A stretch of DNA of 41,513 bases from an archaeon (GTDB lineage Archaea > Iainarchaeota > Iainarchaeia > Iainarchaeales > 0-14-0-20-34-12), in the NCBI GenBank assembly GCA_038046645.1, contig JBBSVU010000013.1, forward strand, positions 1-41,513. Direction: 5' to 3'. The number at the start of each line of letters is the position of its first letter. The first letter of the stretch is position 1. Below the pieces are notes generated by a model. The model searched no databases, was not told where the DNA came from, and saw only the letters and a list, made by a program, of their open reading frames with translations. Positions 28,401 to 38,200 of the stretch are shown here, in pieces. A program made the translations under genes and the position numbers.

Positions 28401-29355
28401 AAAAGCTATTTGTATTTCTCACAAGCAACCTATTTGCATTTGTTATGTCTGAAAAATTTTTCACTATAGGCCAGCTTCCTGTTGCATTATCAAGCTTATA
28501 CAAACTTACTGTTCCATTGCTCATTTCAGCAAGTGCATAAATAATTCCGCTATTTTCAAACATGTCTGTTACCTTGTTGCTATTGCTTATTGTGCCAATA
28601 GCAGTCCAGACAGAATTAATAGGGGTGTTTGCAACCCTATAATAGAATTTTATATCTGTGCCAATTTTTTTTGCTAAATATATCCTGCCAGTACTTCCTG
28701 CAAATATCATATTCTTTGTGCCTGATGCAGTACCGTTTTCAGTTATTTGATCCCAAGAAGGAATAGCATCATTGTACTTGTACACTCTGTTTGAGTTAGC
28801 AGTAAGTGCCCAAATTTTGCCATAACTATCCCTTACTAATGATTGCAAGGAGGTTGCATTAGCTGGCCCGGCCATAGTGAAACTATCACAGTCATATTCA
28901 AGTAGGCTAATAACATTGGCTAACCCAGTATTCCCAACACCACCCAAGAACATAGGGTTTGTTCCAGAAACTATTTTGTTAAAATATTGGTTGTTTATGC
29001 CTGTGAATGTTTGTTGGCATATTTCATTCCATTGATTTCCTGCAAATTGAAATACCTTACCTTGATTGCCCACCATAATTGGCGTTCCATCACTTATATT
29101 TTTTAAGTCATAGATAGCAGACATAGGAACAAGCATTATACTTGTATTATAATTAGGGGCATTTAGAATAAACATCTTTGAGTCATATCCTGTTGTTCCT
29201 GCATATACTACATTGTTAGAATAAGTTAAAGCAGTAATTTGTGCGCCTGCCTTTGTTGCATTTGCAGCAGTACTCCATTCGCAAACCTCAATCCCAAAAG
29301 CGCTTGCACTAAAAAACAAAATTCCTATTATAATCAACAGTTTTAACCGATTCAT
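25447..29355 (-). CDS. 1302-aa surface protein: beta-propeller-like regions, PKD/Ig-like domains, Cys-rich repeats, C-terminal TM anchor
   Basis: Signal peptide; three NxxPxA..W..Y.FK..VTD PKD-like units; Asp-box-like KSTNNGSTW and KTTDGTTW; CNLTC..CxC repeats; single C-terminal TM. Confidence 0.85.
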   Translation of the reverse strand: MNRLKLLIIIGILFFSASAFGIEVCEWSTAANATKAGAQITALTYSNNVVYAGTTGYDSKMFILNAPNYNTSIMLVPMSAIYDLKNISDGTPIMVGNQGKVFQFAGNQWNEICQQTFTGINNQYFNKIVSGTNPMFLGGVGNTGLANVISLLEYDCDSFTMAGPANATSLQSLVRDSYGKIWALTANSNRVYKYNDAIPSWDQITENGTASGTKNMIFAGSTGRIYLAKKIGTDIKFYYRVANTPINSVWTAIGTISNSNKVTDMFENSGIIYALAEMSNGTVSLYKLDNATGSWPIVKNFSDITNANRLLVRNTNSFFVSGFNANGAKILKYGCYTDNPPTAGAGDDGTTTVGSTVALHGTASDDKPNPAIKWTQTTGPAVAISNDTTLTPMITFATVGSYKFKITVTDSQSQTAFDEVIMTVNAPVDNPPVAIIKTTPDVTTNNIYEGDTIYFESISTDDKGIKKYVFSSGVIEFATNQAFTWTVPSKGAYSFKLTVTDTIDQTNETIMIINALEPTNQAPTAIITTDSELGQDIDSNIEVNPTGTVTIKCTSSIDPEEDSYTCLWSQISGPAKTIPQIPANSFNLTLSANDGGNIYDFKVLVTDGSGATAIDTIKIRLKAAPFAISTDSSCYWKYKYFFGEKILPKAIEKTSDGTLYVLAYLSDESKGVVYKSTNNGSTWDIVASKFGVPYDTGHLLIDSEDNIFVAGYNDTHIIRLNAAKDGWITITGNLLNGKQIRGIVETSDQQIVVSTGDNAHKLNKTTNQIEGEVVYDASCLIMGLSSSPDKKTIYASGYCKLGALVFYNKEGLQNWPYPIVIWPNNDNPKVIQTMYSAAVSTAEISDNVLLTLAQNGEIFKYNNNAWSAIGTVPTLTTYVILGKLKKIDNDIFSISSNGTESKIVKTTDGTTWKQYSYAELESHNSSAIQDIVKGGDNKTHLLTAGNNGNGNLFYLSCGEEIPPCNLTCTGNKTLNAQLCSCQCNLTCGPNQSLNQETCTCTDNAPNNNSQGSPGPNPTPYNPPPQKVEDLVFNKTLSSENLKNADIESLLEIADKNSEQEAAFGLSDKIEVTKEIKTYAKGNDANTIVKITVKNNDKVKYKDLKIIDVIPKEILDTAVGKITTSATYNILVEDPVLEFGISELAKGASKTIEYSFKKDLSKLSASDVNKWEASFAYAGEESIDLCKNVKCNINACKTSECVATTGKCKYTNKEDGANCGTNKKCSKGKCIAAKADINANVDMNFIDANIGSIFELPKLPYMEIGIAIILLILAVAGFWFVKNKEKQEENNENAGQTEEEFKF

Positions 29356-29497
29356 AACAACCCCTTTCTGCCTTTTAATCTGCTATCTTATAACTATTTT
29401 TACCTTAATAAAGCTTTCTTGCCGCAAAACATAGCCAAAAAACAATCCTTTTATACTAGTTTATTCTATTTCTATTATTTGCAGGAAATGATTGTAA

Positions 29498-31009
29498 ATG
29501 TCCTTTGAAATTCTCCCATTGACAACAATTGGAATCGTAATTATAATTGCCATATTTCTTTCCATTATTGTAAAGAAGCTGCGTTTTAACCCTGTATTGG
29601 GTTTTATTTTGGCGGGCTTTTTGCTTGGGCCATTCCTCCTGAATTTTCTGCACCCTGAAGATCCTTTGGTAATAGGTTTTGGGGAGATGGGATTGTTCAT
29701 TCTTTTATTCTACCTTGGTTTGGAATTCTCTTTAGAAGAATTCATAAAAGCAGGTTCTGCAACATTAGGGTTAGCGGCAATAGATATGACATTATCTGTT
29801 CTCGCTGGCTTTGCAGTAATGTATTTTTTAGGGTTCTCACTTTTATTTTCTGCGGTTATTGGGTTTATGCTTTTCTGCACAAGTACAGCAATTGTTGCGA
29901 AATTTGCAATTGATAAGGGAATATTAAAATTACCGCCAACCCAATTAGCTATTTCAATTCTTATCCTGCAGGATTTTTTAGGAATCCTTTTGTTAGTTTT
30001 TATTACTACCTTAACCTCAAAAGGTTCTGCTGCCAGCGGAAATGCCTTGGATTTTGCATTGATTGCTTTGGTGTTTGCAGTCTCAACATTTTATGTTGTC
30101 AACCAATTGTCCAAATATGTTGAGGAATGGCTTTTGAAAAATAATTTCGGGCATACCGAAGTTACGTTATATGCTGTTGGTGTGGGATTAGTGGCTGCTA
30201 CCTTAGGAAGTATTTTGGGATTATCAACAACAATGGGTGCTTATTTTGCAGGCTTTGCTTTAGGAGCGACAAAATCAGGCAATAAAATAAAAGAAGACGT
30301 TCATTTCCTGAGGGATTTCTTCCTTGTATTCTTCTTTGTTGCATTTGGAACAACAATATTTTATGATTTCCTTGCTAAAGCAGTGATTATCCCTGAAATC
30401 CATCAGCTATTATTTTTCATAGGCCTTGCCTTAGTATTGGCTGTTTTAGCAATCATTGCACACGGCATTGCAATAGTTCTTTTTGGCCCTTTATTTAGCT
30501 TAACAAGAAAGGATGCAAGCCTAACAGCAATATTCTTAACGCCCTTAGGTGAATTCGTAATTATTATTGCAACATCTGCATCAAAAATACTTGAACCAGC
30601 TGAAAGTGGTTTACTTGCACCAATTGCATTTTTGCTTATTGCCGTTACAGTAATTTTATTTATGCCTTTATTCAATTCAATTGAATGGCACAGAAAAATA
30701 TTTGGAAAACTTCCAATACTTTTTAAAGAAAAACAGCCAGTGATTACGTCATTAAAGCCCCACACGCCTTTTACTGTTGAACAATTGAGGATTATAGGGA
30801 TAAATATTTTCATACTTTTTTGTTTAATCCTTGTAACTTTTAGGTTGTATGATGAACTCCCGCGTTTTGGAGTTCCATTGCTTTACAGCAGGCAGATTAC
30901 AACAATAGTTATTTTCTCTATTTTTGCATCTATCCCATTAATCAATTCATTTAAGGCATTCAAGAAGTTGATTAAGGCGAGCAGGCATCATTCACTTGAG
31001 ACAATCTGA
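29498..31009 (+). CDS. cation:proton antiporter (CPA2/Kef family)
   Basis: PVLGFILAGFLLGP, GEMGLFILLFYLGLEFS, TSTAIV, LILQDF, GAYFAG, RDFFLVFFF, PLGEF. Confidence 0.92.
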   Translation: MSFEILPLTTIGIVIIIAIFLSIIVKKLRFNPVLGFILAGFLLGPFLLNFLHPEDPLVIGFGEMGLFILLFYLGLEFSLEEFIKAGSATLGLAAIDMTLSVLAGFAVMYFLGFSLLFSAVIGFMLFCTSTAIVAKFAIDKGILKLPPTQLAISILILQDFLGILLLVFITTLTSKGSAASGNALDFALIALVFAVSTFYVVNQLSKYVEEWLLKNNFGHTEVTLYAVGVGLVAATLGSILGLSTTMGAYFAGFALGATKSGNKIKEDVHFLRDFFLVFFFVAFGTTIFYDFLAKAVIIPEIHQLLFFIGLALVLAVLAIIAHGIAIVLFGPLFSLTRKDASLTAIFLTPLGEFVIIIATSASKILEPAESGLLAPIAFLLIAVTVILFMPLFNSIEWHRKIFGKLPILFKEKQPVITSLKPHTPFTVEQLRIIGINIFILFCLILVTFRLYDELPRFGVPLLYSRQITTIVIFSIFASIPLINSFKAFKKLIKASRHHSLETI

Positions 31010-31082
31010 TGCTTGAAATAATCTAGTTTATGGCAGAAAACGCAATAGCTTTTTAAATCATACTTAGGAATAATTACAGTAT

Positions 31083-31373
31083 ATGGCTATAACTGATTTA
31101 GTGAGGGCTGCAAGAAAAAATACCCCTACTTATGTAAGGCCTGCTGACCCGAATGCGCCGATAAAAAACCTTGTTGATTTGTCTGACAGCTCTGTAGCAA
31201 CAAAAGCTGCAGGCGGCATGATTGACGGTGAATCTATCGGGCCTAAATTTAATGAAAATGTGGATTGGGAAAACTGCAAATTCAGGAAGCCTTTAGGTGG
31301 AAAAGATACCTGCACCCAATTTTTTATACACTGCAGAAAAGAGAACTGCAACAATAAGTTCATCAAAAAGTAA
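31083..31373 (+). CDS. small hypothetical protein with four C-terminal Cys (possible Zn site)
   Basis: 96-aa ORF with an upstream TTTTTAAA box; C-x11-C-x6-C-x4-C. Confidence 0.7.
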   Translation: MAITDLVRAARKNTPTYVRPADPNAPIKNLVDLSDSSVATKAAGGMIDGESIGPKFNENVDWENCKFRKPLGGKDTCTQFFIHCRKENCNNKFIKK

Positions 31374-31459
31374 TTAATAAAGCCAATTTTACATATTATT
31401 TCCTAAGGAAATAATCTTTTTCCTGCTGATTTTCCAACCTTAGTCAAAAGCATTATTTA

Positions 31460-32698
31460 TTAAATAATTTTCAGCAGCTGCAAAACCAGCATGATGCTCA
31501 ATATGCTTAATGCAATAGCAGAACCCCATGCAGCAATGTTGAACCATTTTCCATTCACATATTCCCCCATGACCTTTTTGTTATTTATGATAAGCAGCAT
31601 CATAACCAAAATTATCGGGAGCATGATTCCATTTATTACTTGTGACAAATACATTATCATGATTAGCGGAATATTCGGAATCATTATTATTAAGGCGCCA
31701 ATCAAAATCAAAAATGTAATTAATCCATAAAACTGCGGCGCTTCCTTGAATTTTTTATTCACTCCAGAATCCCAGCCAAAGGCTTCGCACACAAAATATG
31801 CTGTTGCCAGTGGCAGTATTGCGGCAGCAAACAAGGAAGCCATGAATAATCCTAAGCCAAACAGCACAGAAGCATAAACGCCAGCAAATGGTTTCAAGGC
31901 CAAAGCTGCATCCTCTGCAGAATTAACTATTATTCCATTGGCGTGCAGGGTAAATGCTGTTGTCACAATTATAAAAAACATTACAATAACAGTAACCAAA
32001 CTGCCGATAATCACATCAGCTTTGGAATACTGATACTGCTCTTTTCTTATGCCTTTTTCCACAACCGCTGATTGAAGGTAAAACTGCATCCATGGCGCTA
32101 TTGTTGTCCCAATTAACCCTACGAGCATCATCAAGTAAGCATTATTGAAATTTATTTGCGGTACAATAATATTTTGTGCCACTATGCCCCAATCAGGATT
32201 TGACATTATCCCTGCAATCACATAAGAAATGTAAAATAGGCAGGCAATTAAAAAAGCCCTTTCCATTGTTTTGTAATTTCCATTTACAATCAATACCCAG
32301 ACAAATATTGCGCATAATGGAACAAGAACAAATTTGCTTATCCCGAACATTTCCCCAGATGCTGCAATGCCCGCAAATTCCGCGATTACATTCCCTAAAT
32401 TTGTAATTACCAGGCCAAGCATTAAGAGCATGGTAATTTTTACCCTGAAATGCTCCCTTATCAAATCGCTTAAACCTTTGCCTGTGATAATCCCCATCCT
32501 TACTCCCATTTCTTGGATTATGATAAGAATAAAGGCAATTGGAATCAGTGTCCAAAGGAAAGAATATCCAAACTGAGACCCAGCAATTGAATATGTTGCT
32601 ATGCCACCGGCATCATTATCCACGGCAGAGGTAATTATTCCAGGGCCTAAGGTAATTAAAAAAAGCAGAATCATTTTTTTGCTGATTTTGAAAACCAT
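31460..32698 (-). CDS. NRAMP/SLC11-family divalent cation transporter (NRMT-like, probable Mg2+)
   Basis: LGPGIITSAVDNDAGGIATYS, QEMGVRMGIITGKGL, GTTIAPWMQFY; about 11 TM. Confidence 0.92.
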   Translation of the reverse strand: MVFKISKKMILLFLITLGPGIITSAVDNDAGGIATYSIAGSQFGYSFLWTLIPIAFILIIIQEMGVRMGIITGKGLSDLIREHFRVKITMLLMLGLVITNLGNVIAEFAGIAASGEMFGISKFVLVPLCAIFVWVLIVNGNYKTMERAFLIACLFYISYVIAGIMSNPDWGIVAQNIIVPQINFNNAYLMMLVGLIGTTIAPWMQFYLQSAVVEKGIRKEQYQYSKADVIIGSLVTVIVMFFIIVTTAFTLHANGIIVNSAEDAALALKPFAGVYASVLFGLGLFMASLFAAAILPLATAYFVCEAFGWDSGVNKKFKEAPQFYGLITFLILIGALIIMIPNIPLIMIMYLSQVINGIMLPIILVMMLLIINNKKVMGEYVNGKWFNIAAWGSAIALSILSIMLVLQLLKII

Positions 32699-32795
32699 TT
32701 GATTACCTTATTTTTTGATTTATTATAAAAATTATAAAAGACAATTTTTGTTTAATTATTTATGCCTATTACCCCAATTGCCATATTCTTTATTA

Positions 32796-34082
32796 TTATT
32801 TTACCACATTGCTTTCTGGTTTTTTTCTTTTTATCTTCAGCCTTTTTGCGATTATGGGATTCTTTCTCCATGAATCTGGCACAATCTCTTCAAATACATC
32901 GCTCATTGTTACTACCCCGACTAATTTTTCTGATACATCAACAACAGGCAATGCATACACATGGTATTTAGAGAATGTCTTTGCCACTTTTTTCAATGAA
33001 TCATGCACATGCACATATAAAACATTTGGGCTCATAAATGCCTTTACCCTTGTTTTTGGCTTCATCAGAAGCAGGTGTTTTGAGGATATTACCCCTACTA
33101 ATTTGCAGTTATCATTCACTGCATATAAATAATATGGCTCTTCAACCTGATTTTGTTTCCTCAAAAAACTTATTGTTTGTGCCGCGCTGAAATTTTGCGG
33201 GATGGCAAATACCTCTGTTTTCATGACACTTCCTGCAGATTCATCAGGATATGCCCAGATATTTTCTATTTTTTTGATTATTTTTTCATCCAATTGTTTC
33301 ATCAATGCATTTAGCCTTTCTTTTGAAACTATCCCAAGCAAATCAGCCATTTCTGTTGGCGATAATTTTTTTAGTATTGAATTGATTTTTTTCTCATGCA
33401 TATGCTCTACAAGCGATCTTTGTATTTCTGGTTCGGATTCAGCAAATGTTTCTGCCGCGGTTTCTTCGCTAAGTACATTAAATAAAATTTCCCTTTCTGA
33501 ATGGCTCAATTCTTCCAATAAATCAGCAATATCTGCGGGATGGACATCATTTATCTTTCCCCGGTTTACCTTTACTTGTAAGTGTGCTTCAGACAGGGAT
33601 AATGGCTGAACATAAGCCCAAGGCACTAAATGTTCAGGCAATTTTGGATTAATTGCGTTTGCAATAGATTCTATTCCTAATCGTCTTACCAGGCTTTTTG
33701 TGCCTACTGCAACACTTGATATGTAAAATTTATCATCAATTTTGGAAAGCAGCACATCATTTACCCTAACAATCTTCAAGCCATCAATATCAACAAGCTG
33801 CCTATCCAACAGCACTTCGTTTATCAATAAATCAGTTTCAAGTATTTCGCTGCAAGTAAGTTTTTCCTTTAATGTGTTAAGGTAAATTCCATGGCCTAAA
33901 CTTGCAACGAATTTCCACGGAAATTTTAATGATTCGCCATTTACATGAATAATAAAATGGGTAATCTCAGCTAGTTCATCCCCGTCTTTGAATACTAAAT
34001 CCTTCAATAGCCCTATTTTATTTCCTATATCATCATATACTGAATTTTTGTAAATCTGGCTAAAATAGATTACGTGAGACAT
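32796..34082 (-). CDS. MgtE-like cytosolic protein (PRC-barrel + MgtE N-domain + CBS pair), no TM domain
   Basis: LLDRQLVDIDGLKIVRVNDV, HPADIADLLEEL, YPDESAGSVM, ALPVVD..LVGVVT; directly upstream of the NRAMP gene. Confidence 0.88.
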   Translation of the reverse strand: MSHVIYFSQIYKNSVYDDIGNKIGLLKDLVFKDGDELAEITHFIIHVNGESLKFPWKFVASLGHGIYLNTLKEKLTCSEILETDLLINEVLLDRQLVDIDGLKIVRVNDVLLSKIDDKFYISSVAVGTKSLVRRLGIESIANAINPKLPEHLVPWAYVQPLSLSEAHLQVKVNRGKINDVHPADIADLLEELSHSEREILFNVLSEETAAETFAESEPEIQRSLVEHMHEKKINSILKKLSPTEMADLLGIVSKERLNALMKQLDEKIIKKIENIWAYPDESAGSVMKTEVFAIPQNFSAAQTISFLRKQNQVEEPYYLYAVNDNCKLVGVISSKHLLLMKPKTRVKAFMSPNVLYVHVHDSLKKVAKTFSKYHVYALPVVDVSEKLVGVVTMSDVFEEIVPDSWRKNPIIAKRLKIKRKKPESNVVK

Positions 34083-34182
34083 CTGCTAATTACCCGAGTT
34101 TCCGATTTAATTTTTTATCTGCCTGTTTTTATATTATACAAATAATCCCTTATTATATATAAGATTTTGCTTTTCTATTATG

Positions 34183-36012
34183 CTAAAAAGCATTATCAAG
34201 AATCTTTTTTTGAGCATCTTTTGATGCTGATTTATTTTTATTGCCTAATTTTATTTCATTTTTCAGCCTTCTTGCCTTATCCAACAAATCAGTCCTTCCA
34301 ATCTGCCTTAAAGCTAATTCTGCCTTTTCCTCAAAACCAGCATCCATAAAATGCAGCAAAGCATTCTGCATTTTTTTCTCATTGAATGTCTTAGCAACAT
34401 ATATCTTTTCGTTTGTAAATGGATTCATTTCAGTATAATACATTGCTGTTGAAGCAGTCATTGGTGTTGGGGTAAACAGCTGTGTCTGTTTTATGAACAT
34501 TTTTTTTTGAATCATGAAATCCATAAGCTCTGCCATGTCCTTAAGCGTGCAGCCAGGGTGTGCTGAAATAAAGTACGGTATGCAATAGTACTCCTTGTGG
34601 CATTCCCTGTTTAGTGCTTCGAACTTGTCCAAGAATTCAACCAATTGTTTTTTATCAGATTTTCCCATAAGCTTTGTTACATTTTCTGAAATATGCTCAG
34701 GCGCTATCTTTAATTGCCCACTTATGTGGTTTTTGAATAATTCTTGTAAATATTCCTGTTGGTATAAAGCAAGGTCAAGCCTTATTCCGCTCCTTATTGT
34801 CACTAACCTTATTTCCGGAATTTTCCTTATTTCGCGGTAAAGTGCAATCAGTCTTTTGTCATCAAGGTTAAGGTTTTTGCAAGGTTTGGGGAATAGGCAA
34901 TTGTTATTGCAAAGCTTAGCTTTGCAGCCCAAGCCATACATATTTGCTGATGGGCCGCTTAAATCATTTATTATTCCTTTAAACCCTTTCATTTTTTTAA
35001 TTTCTTCAACCTCTTTTTTTATTGATTCAACTGACCTGCTTTGTATGGCTTTTCCTTGGATTAAGGGGAGAACACAGAAAGAGCATGAACCAAAACAGCC
35101 GCGATGGATTTGAATTGAAAATTCAACAGTCCTTAACGCAGGGATTTCTTCAGTGTATGAGGGGTGAGCCTTTCTTGTATAAGGCAATTCATAAATATCA
35201 TCAAGCTCTTTTTCGCTGAATGGCAAAGCATTCGGGTTTGAGATTAAATAGCGGTCAGCATGCTTCTGCGCCAAAATTCTGCCAGTGAAAGGATCTGAAT
35301 TAAAATAAATCAATCGGAATGCTTCGTTAAATTTTTTCTTCCCTTCAATGCTTTCAGCAGAAACCTCTTCAAATGAGGGCATCTCAATTGCATTTTCAGG
35401 TTTTTCTTTTGAATTGTATGAAACTCCCTTTAACCCTTTCAAATCTTCAATTGTTTTTCCCTGTTTTAAGGCATTTGCTATTTCAACAATTGTTTTTTCG
35501 CCCATTCCATGCACAATTAAATCAGCCTTAGCATCAAATAAAACAGATCTCCTGATTTTGTTGTCAACAAAATCAAAATGCGCAAATCTTCTTACAGTTG
35601 CTTCCACCCCACCAAGGATAATTGGCACACCTTTGTATGCCTCCTTTACCTTGTGTGAATAAACAACACTTGCCAGATCAGGCCTTAATCCACCTTTGCC
35701 AGCAGGTGAGTAATCATCCTTTTCCCTTAATTTAATCAAAGGGGTATAATTTGCAACCTTAGAATCTAAATTTCCGGCAGTAATTCCAAAAAACAGATTT
35801 GGTTTGCCCAATTTTTTGAAATCAGTTATTTTGCGCCAATCAGGCTGAGCAATCACACCGACAGAAAAACCATTCTCCTCCAGCATTCTGGCAATTACAG
35901 CTACGCCAAATGCGCTGTGGTCTACAAAGGCATCCCCACTAATTAGAATTACATCTAATGAATTCCAGCCTCTTTTTCTTGCTTCCTCCAAACTCATTGG
36001 AATGTCTGCCAT
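34183..36012 (-). CDS. ygiQ: YgiQ (UPF0313) family radical SAM protein
   Basis: GDAFVDHSAFG, AQPDW, TAGNLDS, HRGCFGSCSFC, GPSANMYG, GQLKIAPEH, PYFISAHPG, FTPTPMT; ATG 36012 (track start 36021 TTG). Confidence 0.93.
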   Translation of the reverse strand: MADIPMSLEEARKRGWNSLDVILISGDAFVDHSAFGVAVIARMLEENGFSVGVIAQPDWRKITDFKKLGKPNLFFGITAGNLDSKVANYTPLIKLREKDDYSPAGKGGLRPDLASVVYSHKVKEAYKGVPIILGGVEATVRRFAHFDFVDNKIRRSVLFDAKADLIVHGMGEKTIVEIANALKQGKTIEDLKGLKGVSYNSKEKPENAIEMPSFEEVSAESIEGKKKFNEAFRLIYFNSDPFTGRILAQKHADRYLISNPNALPFSEKELDDIYELPYTRKAHPSYTEEIPALRTVEFSIQIHRGCFGSCSFCVLPLIQGKAIQSRSVESIKKEVEEIKKMKGFKGIINDLSGPSANMYGLGCKAKLCNNNCLFPKPCKNLNLDDKRLIALYREIRKIPEIRLVTIRSGIRLDLALYQQEYLQELFKNHISGQLKIAPEHISENVTKLMGKSDKKQLVEFLDKFEALNRECHKEYYCIPYFISAHPGCTLKDMAELMDFMIQKKMFIKQTQLFTPTPMTASTAMYYTEMNPFTNEKIYVAKTFNEKKMQNALLHFMDAGFEEKAELALRQIGRTDLLDKARRLKNEIKLGNKNKSASKDAQKKILDNAF

Positions 36013-36067
36013 ACTAATCAAGTAGTGATAGAGATTTAAAAAAGAATTGAATTTGCAAAAATAACCT

Positions 36068-36100
36068 TAAAAAAGAATTAAATCTGGGCTTGTGCCCAGA
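36068..36100 (-). terminator. hairpin plus T-tract downstream of lipoprotein gene
   Basis: tctgggc-ttgt-gcccaga 36083-36100, followed on the minus strand by tttaattcttttt. Confidence 0.55.
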
Positions 36101-36121
36101 TATTATAATTTAAATTTTTCA

Positions 36122-37267
36122 TTAACACTCCAATACTTTGAAGCAGCCCACTTCATCCTTTTCTACTTTTTTCGGTTCGGTGTTCCCTGTGATGCATTTT
36201 AGTGCTTCTTCTGCAATTGCATCGCTAGGCTCAGGGCATTCTTTTGGCTGGTTCTGTTTTATCAATGATTTTGACCATTCGATCAAAGTAATACATTTTT
36301 GTTCAGTTATGCAACCATCTTCGTCCTTGATTTCATCGACTTTTTTCCCTGCTTTGTTGCAAGTATCATTTTCTTCCATGGTTAGCATCTTCAGCAGTTT
36401 GCAATAAATTGGCTCCATGCATTGCGGATAAAATGTTACTCCAGATGATTTTTTCTCAGCATTTTGTAGAACATATTCAGGCATATTTTGCCCAGATACC
36501 TTAAATGCTACTGTGTATGGCACTAAAATATCACTTTTATTGTCAGTTACACAAGCAGTCATTTCTCCGCTATAACTGGTAGTGCTTTTTATGCTTATGG
36601 TGAATTCTGTACAATCCTTAGAATATGCTTTAGAAATTCCTTTTTTCATTATTGAAAAATCCCCCATTAAATTACCCATTACCGCCCCGTTATAATATGT
36701 ATCTTTTAGTATGGTTGGAATATCTGATGTCCAAGCATCTGAATCAGTAAATTTCTTTTTTGCCGCGGCGAATATTGAATTCATGAAGGATAATTGGTCA
36801 TATTCAATTTTTGCCGATTTTGTGTCATCAAATGCCAAGTCAGATTTCCCTATGGTTTTTGATGTGCCTACAGTTCCATCATCCAAATAAAGTGTAAATT
36901 TTGCCCAAGAGGAGTTATCCGGTGATTGCCCTTCATCATATGAGCTTATTATTCCGGCAATGGCATCCTTATTCCCGCACTTTATTTCTTTTTCCAAATA
37001 ATATATCACAGATCTAGTCGTTGCTTTGCCTTCCTGGCTGTAATTTGTTACGGCATAAGCGAACTTCAAAGGCAACCCAATCTTTTTCTCCTCAACTTTG
37101 GGTTTTTCAACCTCAATATTTTTTTGAGTATTGTTATCAACATCAGTTATGGCTGGTTTTTCATTAGCCGCGGCAGTTTTTTCTGCAGGTTTTTGTTCTG
37201 TGCATCCTGCCAATAAAATTGTAACGGCAATTAGTGCACATAATAAAATTAATTTAGCATATTTCAT
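36122..37267 (-). CDS. putative lipoprotein with Cys-rich C-terminus
   Basis: MKYAK..ILLAGC lipobox; duplicated KDExGC-x5-C motif; ATG 37267 (track start 37273 TTG). Confidence 0.8.
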   Translation of the reverse strand: MKYAKLILLCALIAVTILLAGCTEQKPAEKTAAANEKPAITDVDNNTQKNIEVEKPKVEEKKIGLPLKFAYAVTNYSQEGKATTRSVIYYLEKEIKCGNKDAIAGIISSYDEGQSPDNSSWAKFTLYLDDGTVGTSKTIGKSDLAFDDTKSAKIEYDQLSFMNSIFAAAKKKFTDSDAWTSDIPTILKDTYYNGAVMGNLMGDFSIMKKGISKAYSKDCTEFTISIKSTTSYSGEMTACVTDNKSDILVPYTVAFKVSGQNMPEYVLQNAEKKSSGVTFYPQCMEPIYCKLLKMLTMEENDTCNKAGKKVDEIKDEDGCITEQKCITLIEWSKSLIKQNQPKECPEPSDAIAEEALKCITGNTEPKKVEKDEVGCFKVLEC

Positions 37268-37427
37268 TTGCAAACACCCTTATAGTTTATAGAATATGTT
37301 GCTTAAGGGCATTTCTTCTATTTAAGGATTTCCTTATGCAGTCTTAGAATTTTAGAATTAGTGCGGGCAAAATATGCTTATGCATTAAAATTAGAAATTG
37401 AAAATAAATATCAAAAAAAATCAGAAA

Positions 37428-37466
37428 TTAAAAAATTAAAAAAACAGAATGGATTGCTCCATTCTG
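37428..37466 (-). terminator. hairpin plus T-tract downstream of small Zn-finger gene
   Basis: cagaatgga-ttgc-tccattctg 37445-37466, followed on the minus strand by T7 and T6 runs. Confidence 0.6.
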
Positions 37467-37507
37467 CAACCTAATACTTAAATTATTCCTTACTAATTGC
37501 TTAGTAT

Positions 37508-37660
37508 TTAATAACTCTTTCTTGGTTTCTTGTGTTTTTGGTAACAATCCCTGCAATAAACAGCTCTTCCGTCTTGTGGTTCGAAAGGAACTTCTGTTTC
37601 CTTTCCACAATCTGTGCAAACTGCTTTATACATGGTTCTTGGTCCCATATTGAAAGCCAT
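37508..37660 (-). CDS. 50-aa CxxC-x17-CxxC zinc-ribbon protein (not in ORF track)
   Basis: Hand translation MAFNMGPRTMYKAVCTDCGKETEVPFEPQDGRAVYCRDCYQKHKKPRKSY*; strong SD AGGAGTGA 6 nt upstream. Confidence 0.92.
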   Translation of the reverse strand: MAFNMGPRTMYKAVCTDCGKETEVPFEPQDGRAVYCRDCYQKHKKPRKSY

Positions 37661-37859
37661 TCTTATTCACTCCTATTGTTTTTATAAAAGAATAGTTTGA
37701 ACTTAAAAAGCACAAAAAACCAAATTAAAAATCGGTTAAATAAACCTGTTTTATTGCTTACTTCAAACTTTTCTTCATGCCACATTATTTGTGGTAAGTA
37801 AATCCCTTCGTACTAATGTTTAAATATGTTATTATTGAGGAATTTTGCTTTTTTTTTGC

Positions 37860-38144
37860 TTAAAGTACGGTTAATACCCCAAACTTTCCAGCGCTTACCT
37901 GAAGATTGCCATTATACTCTGAAACCCATCCTTTTTCTATTTTTACCTTGGTTCCTTCCTCTACTTTATCAATATCTTCATTCCAAAGTGTTAATGAAAT
38001 CTCCCCAGTGTCATCCTTTGCTGCACAATTGCAGATTTTTCCGCTTCCTCTCTCATTTGCGAACTTCCTTACTTCCCCTTTAGATACTATTTCTAAAGTA
38101 ATTTCATCAACTGCCATCTTTGCTTTTAACTCCTTTACCTGCAT
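37860..38144 (-). CDS. ssb: single OB-fold ssDNA-binding protein (archaeal SSB/RPA-like)
   Basis: KDDTGEISLTLWNE, IEKGWVSEYNGNLQVSAGKFG; SD GGAGG. Confidence 0.88.
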   Translation of the reverse strand: MQVKELKAKMAVDEITLEIVSKGEVRKFANERGSGKICNCAAKDDTGEISLTLWNEDIDKVEEGTKVKIEKGWVSEYNGNLQVSAGKFGVLTVL

Positions 38145-38200
38145 TTTAATGCCTCCTGTTTTTTATAAATATAGCTTATTATCTCATTATTTTTTTATTC

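Noticed and set aside
37428..37619. Track ORF of 63 aa
   Set aside because: Wrong frame; the real gene is 37508..37660 with an SD and the CxxC-x17-CxxC motif.
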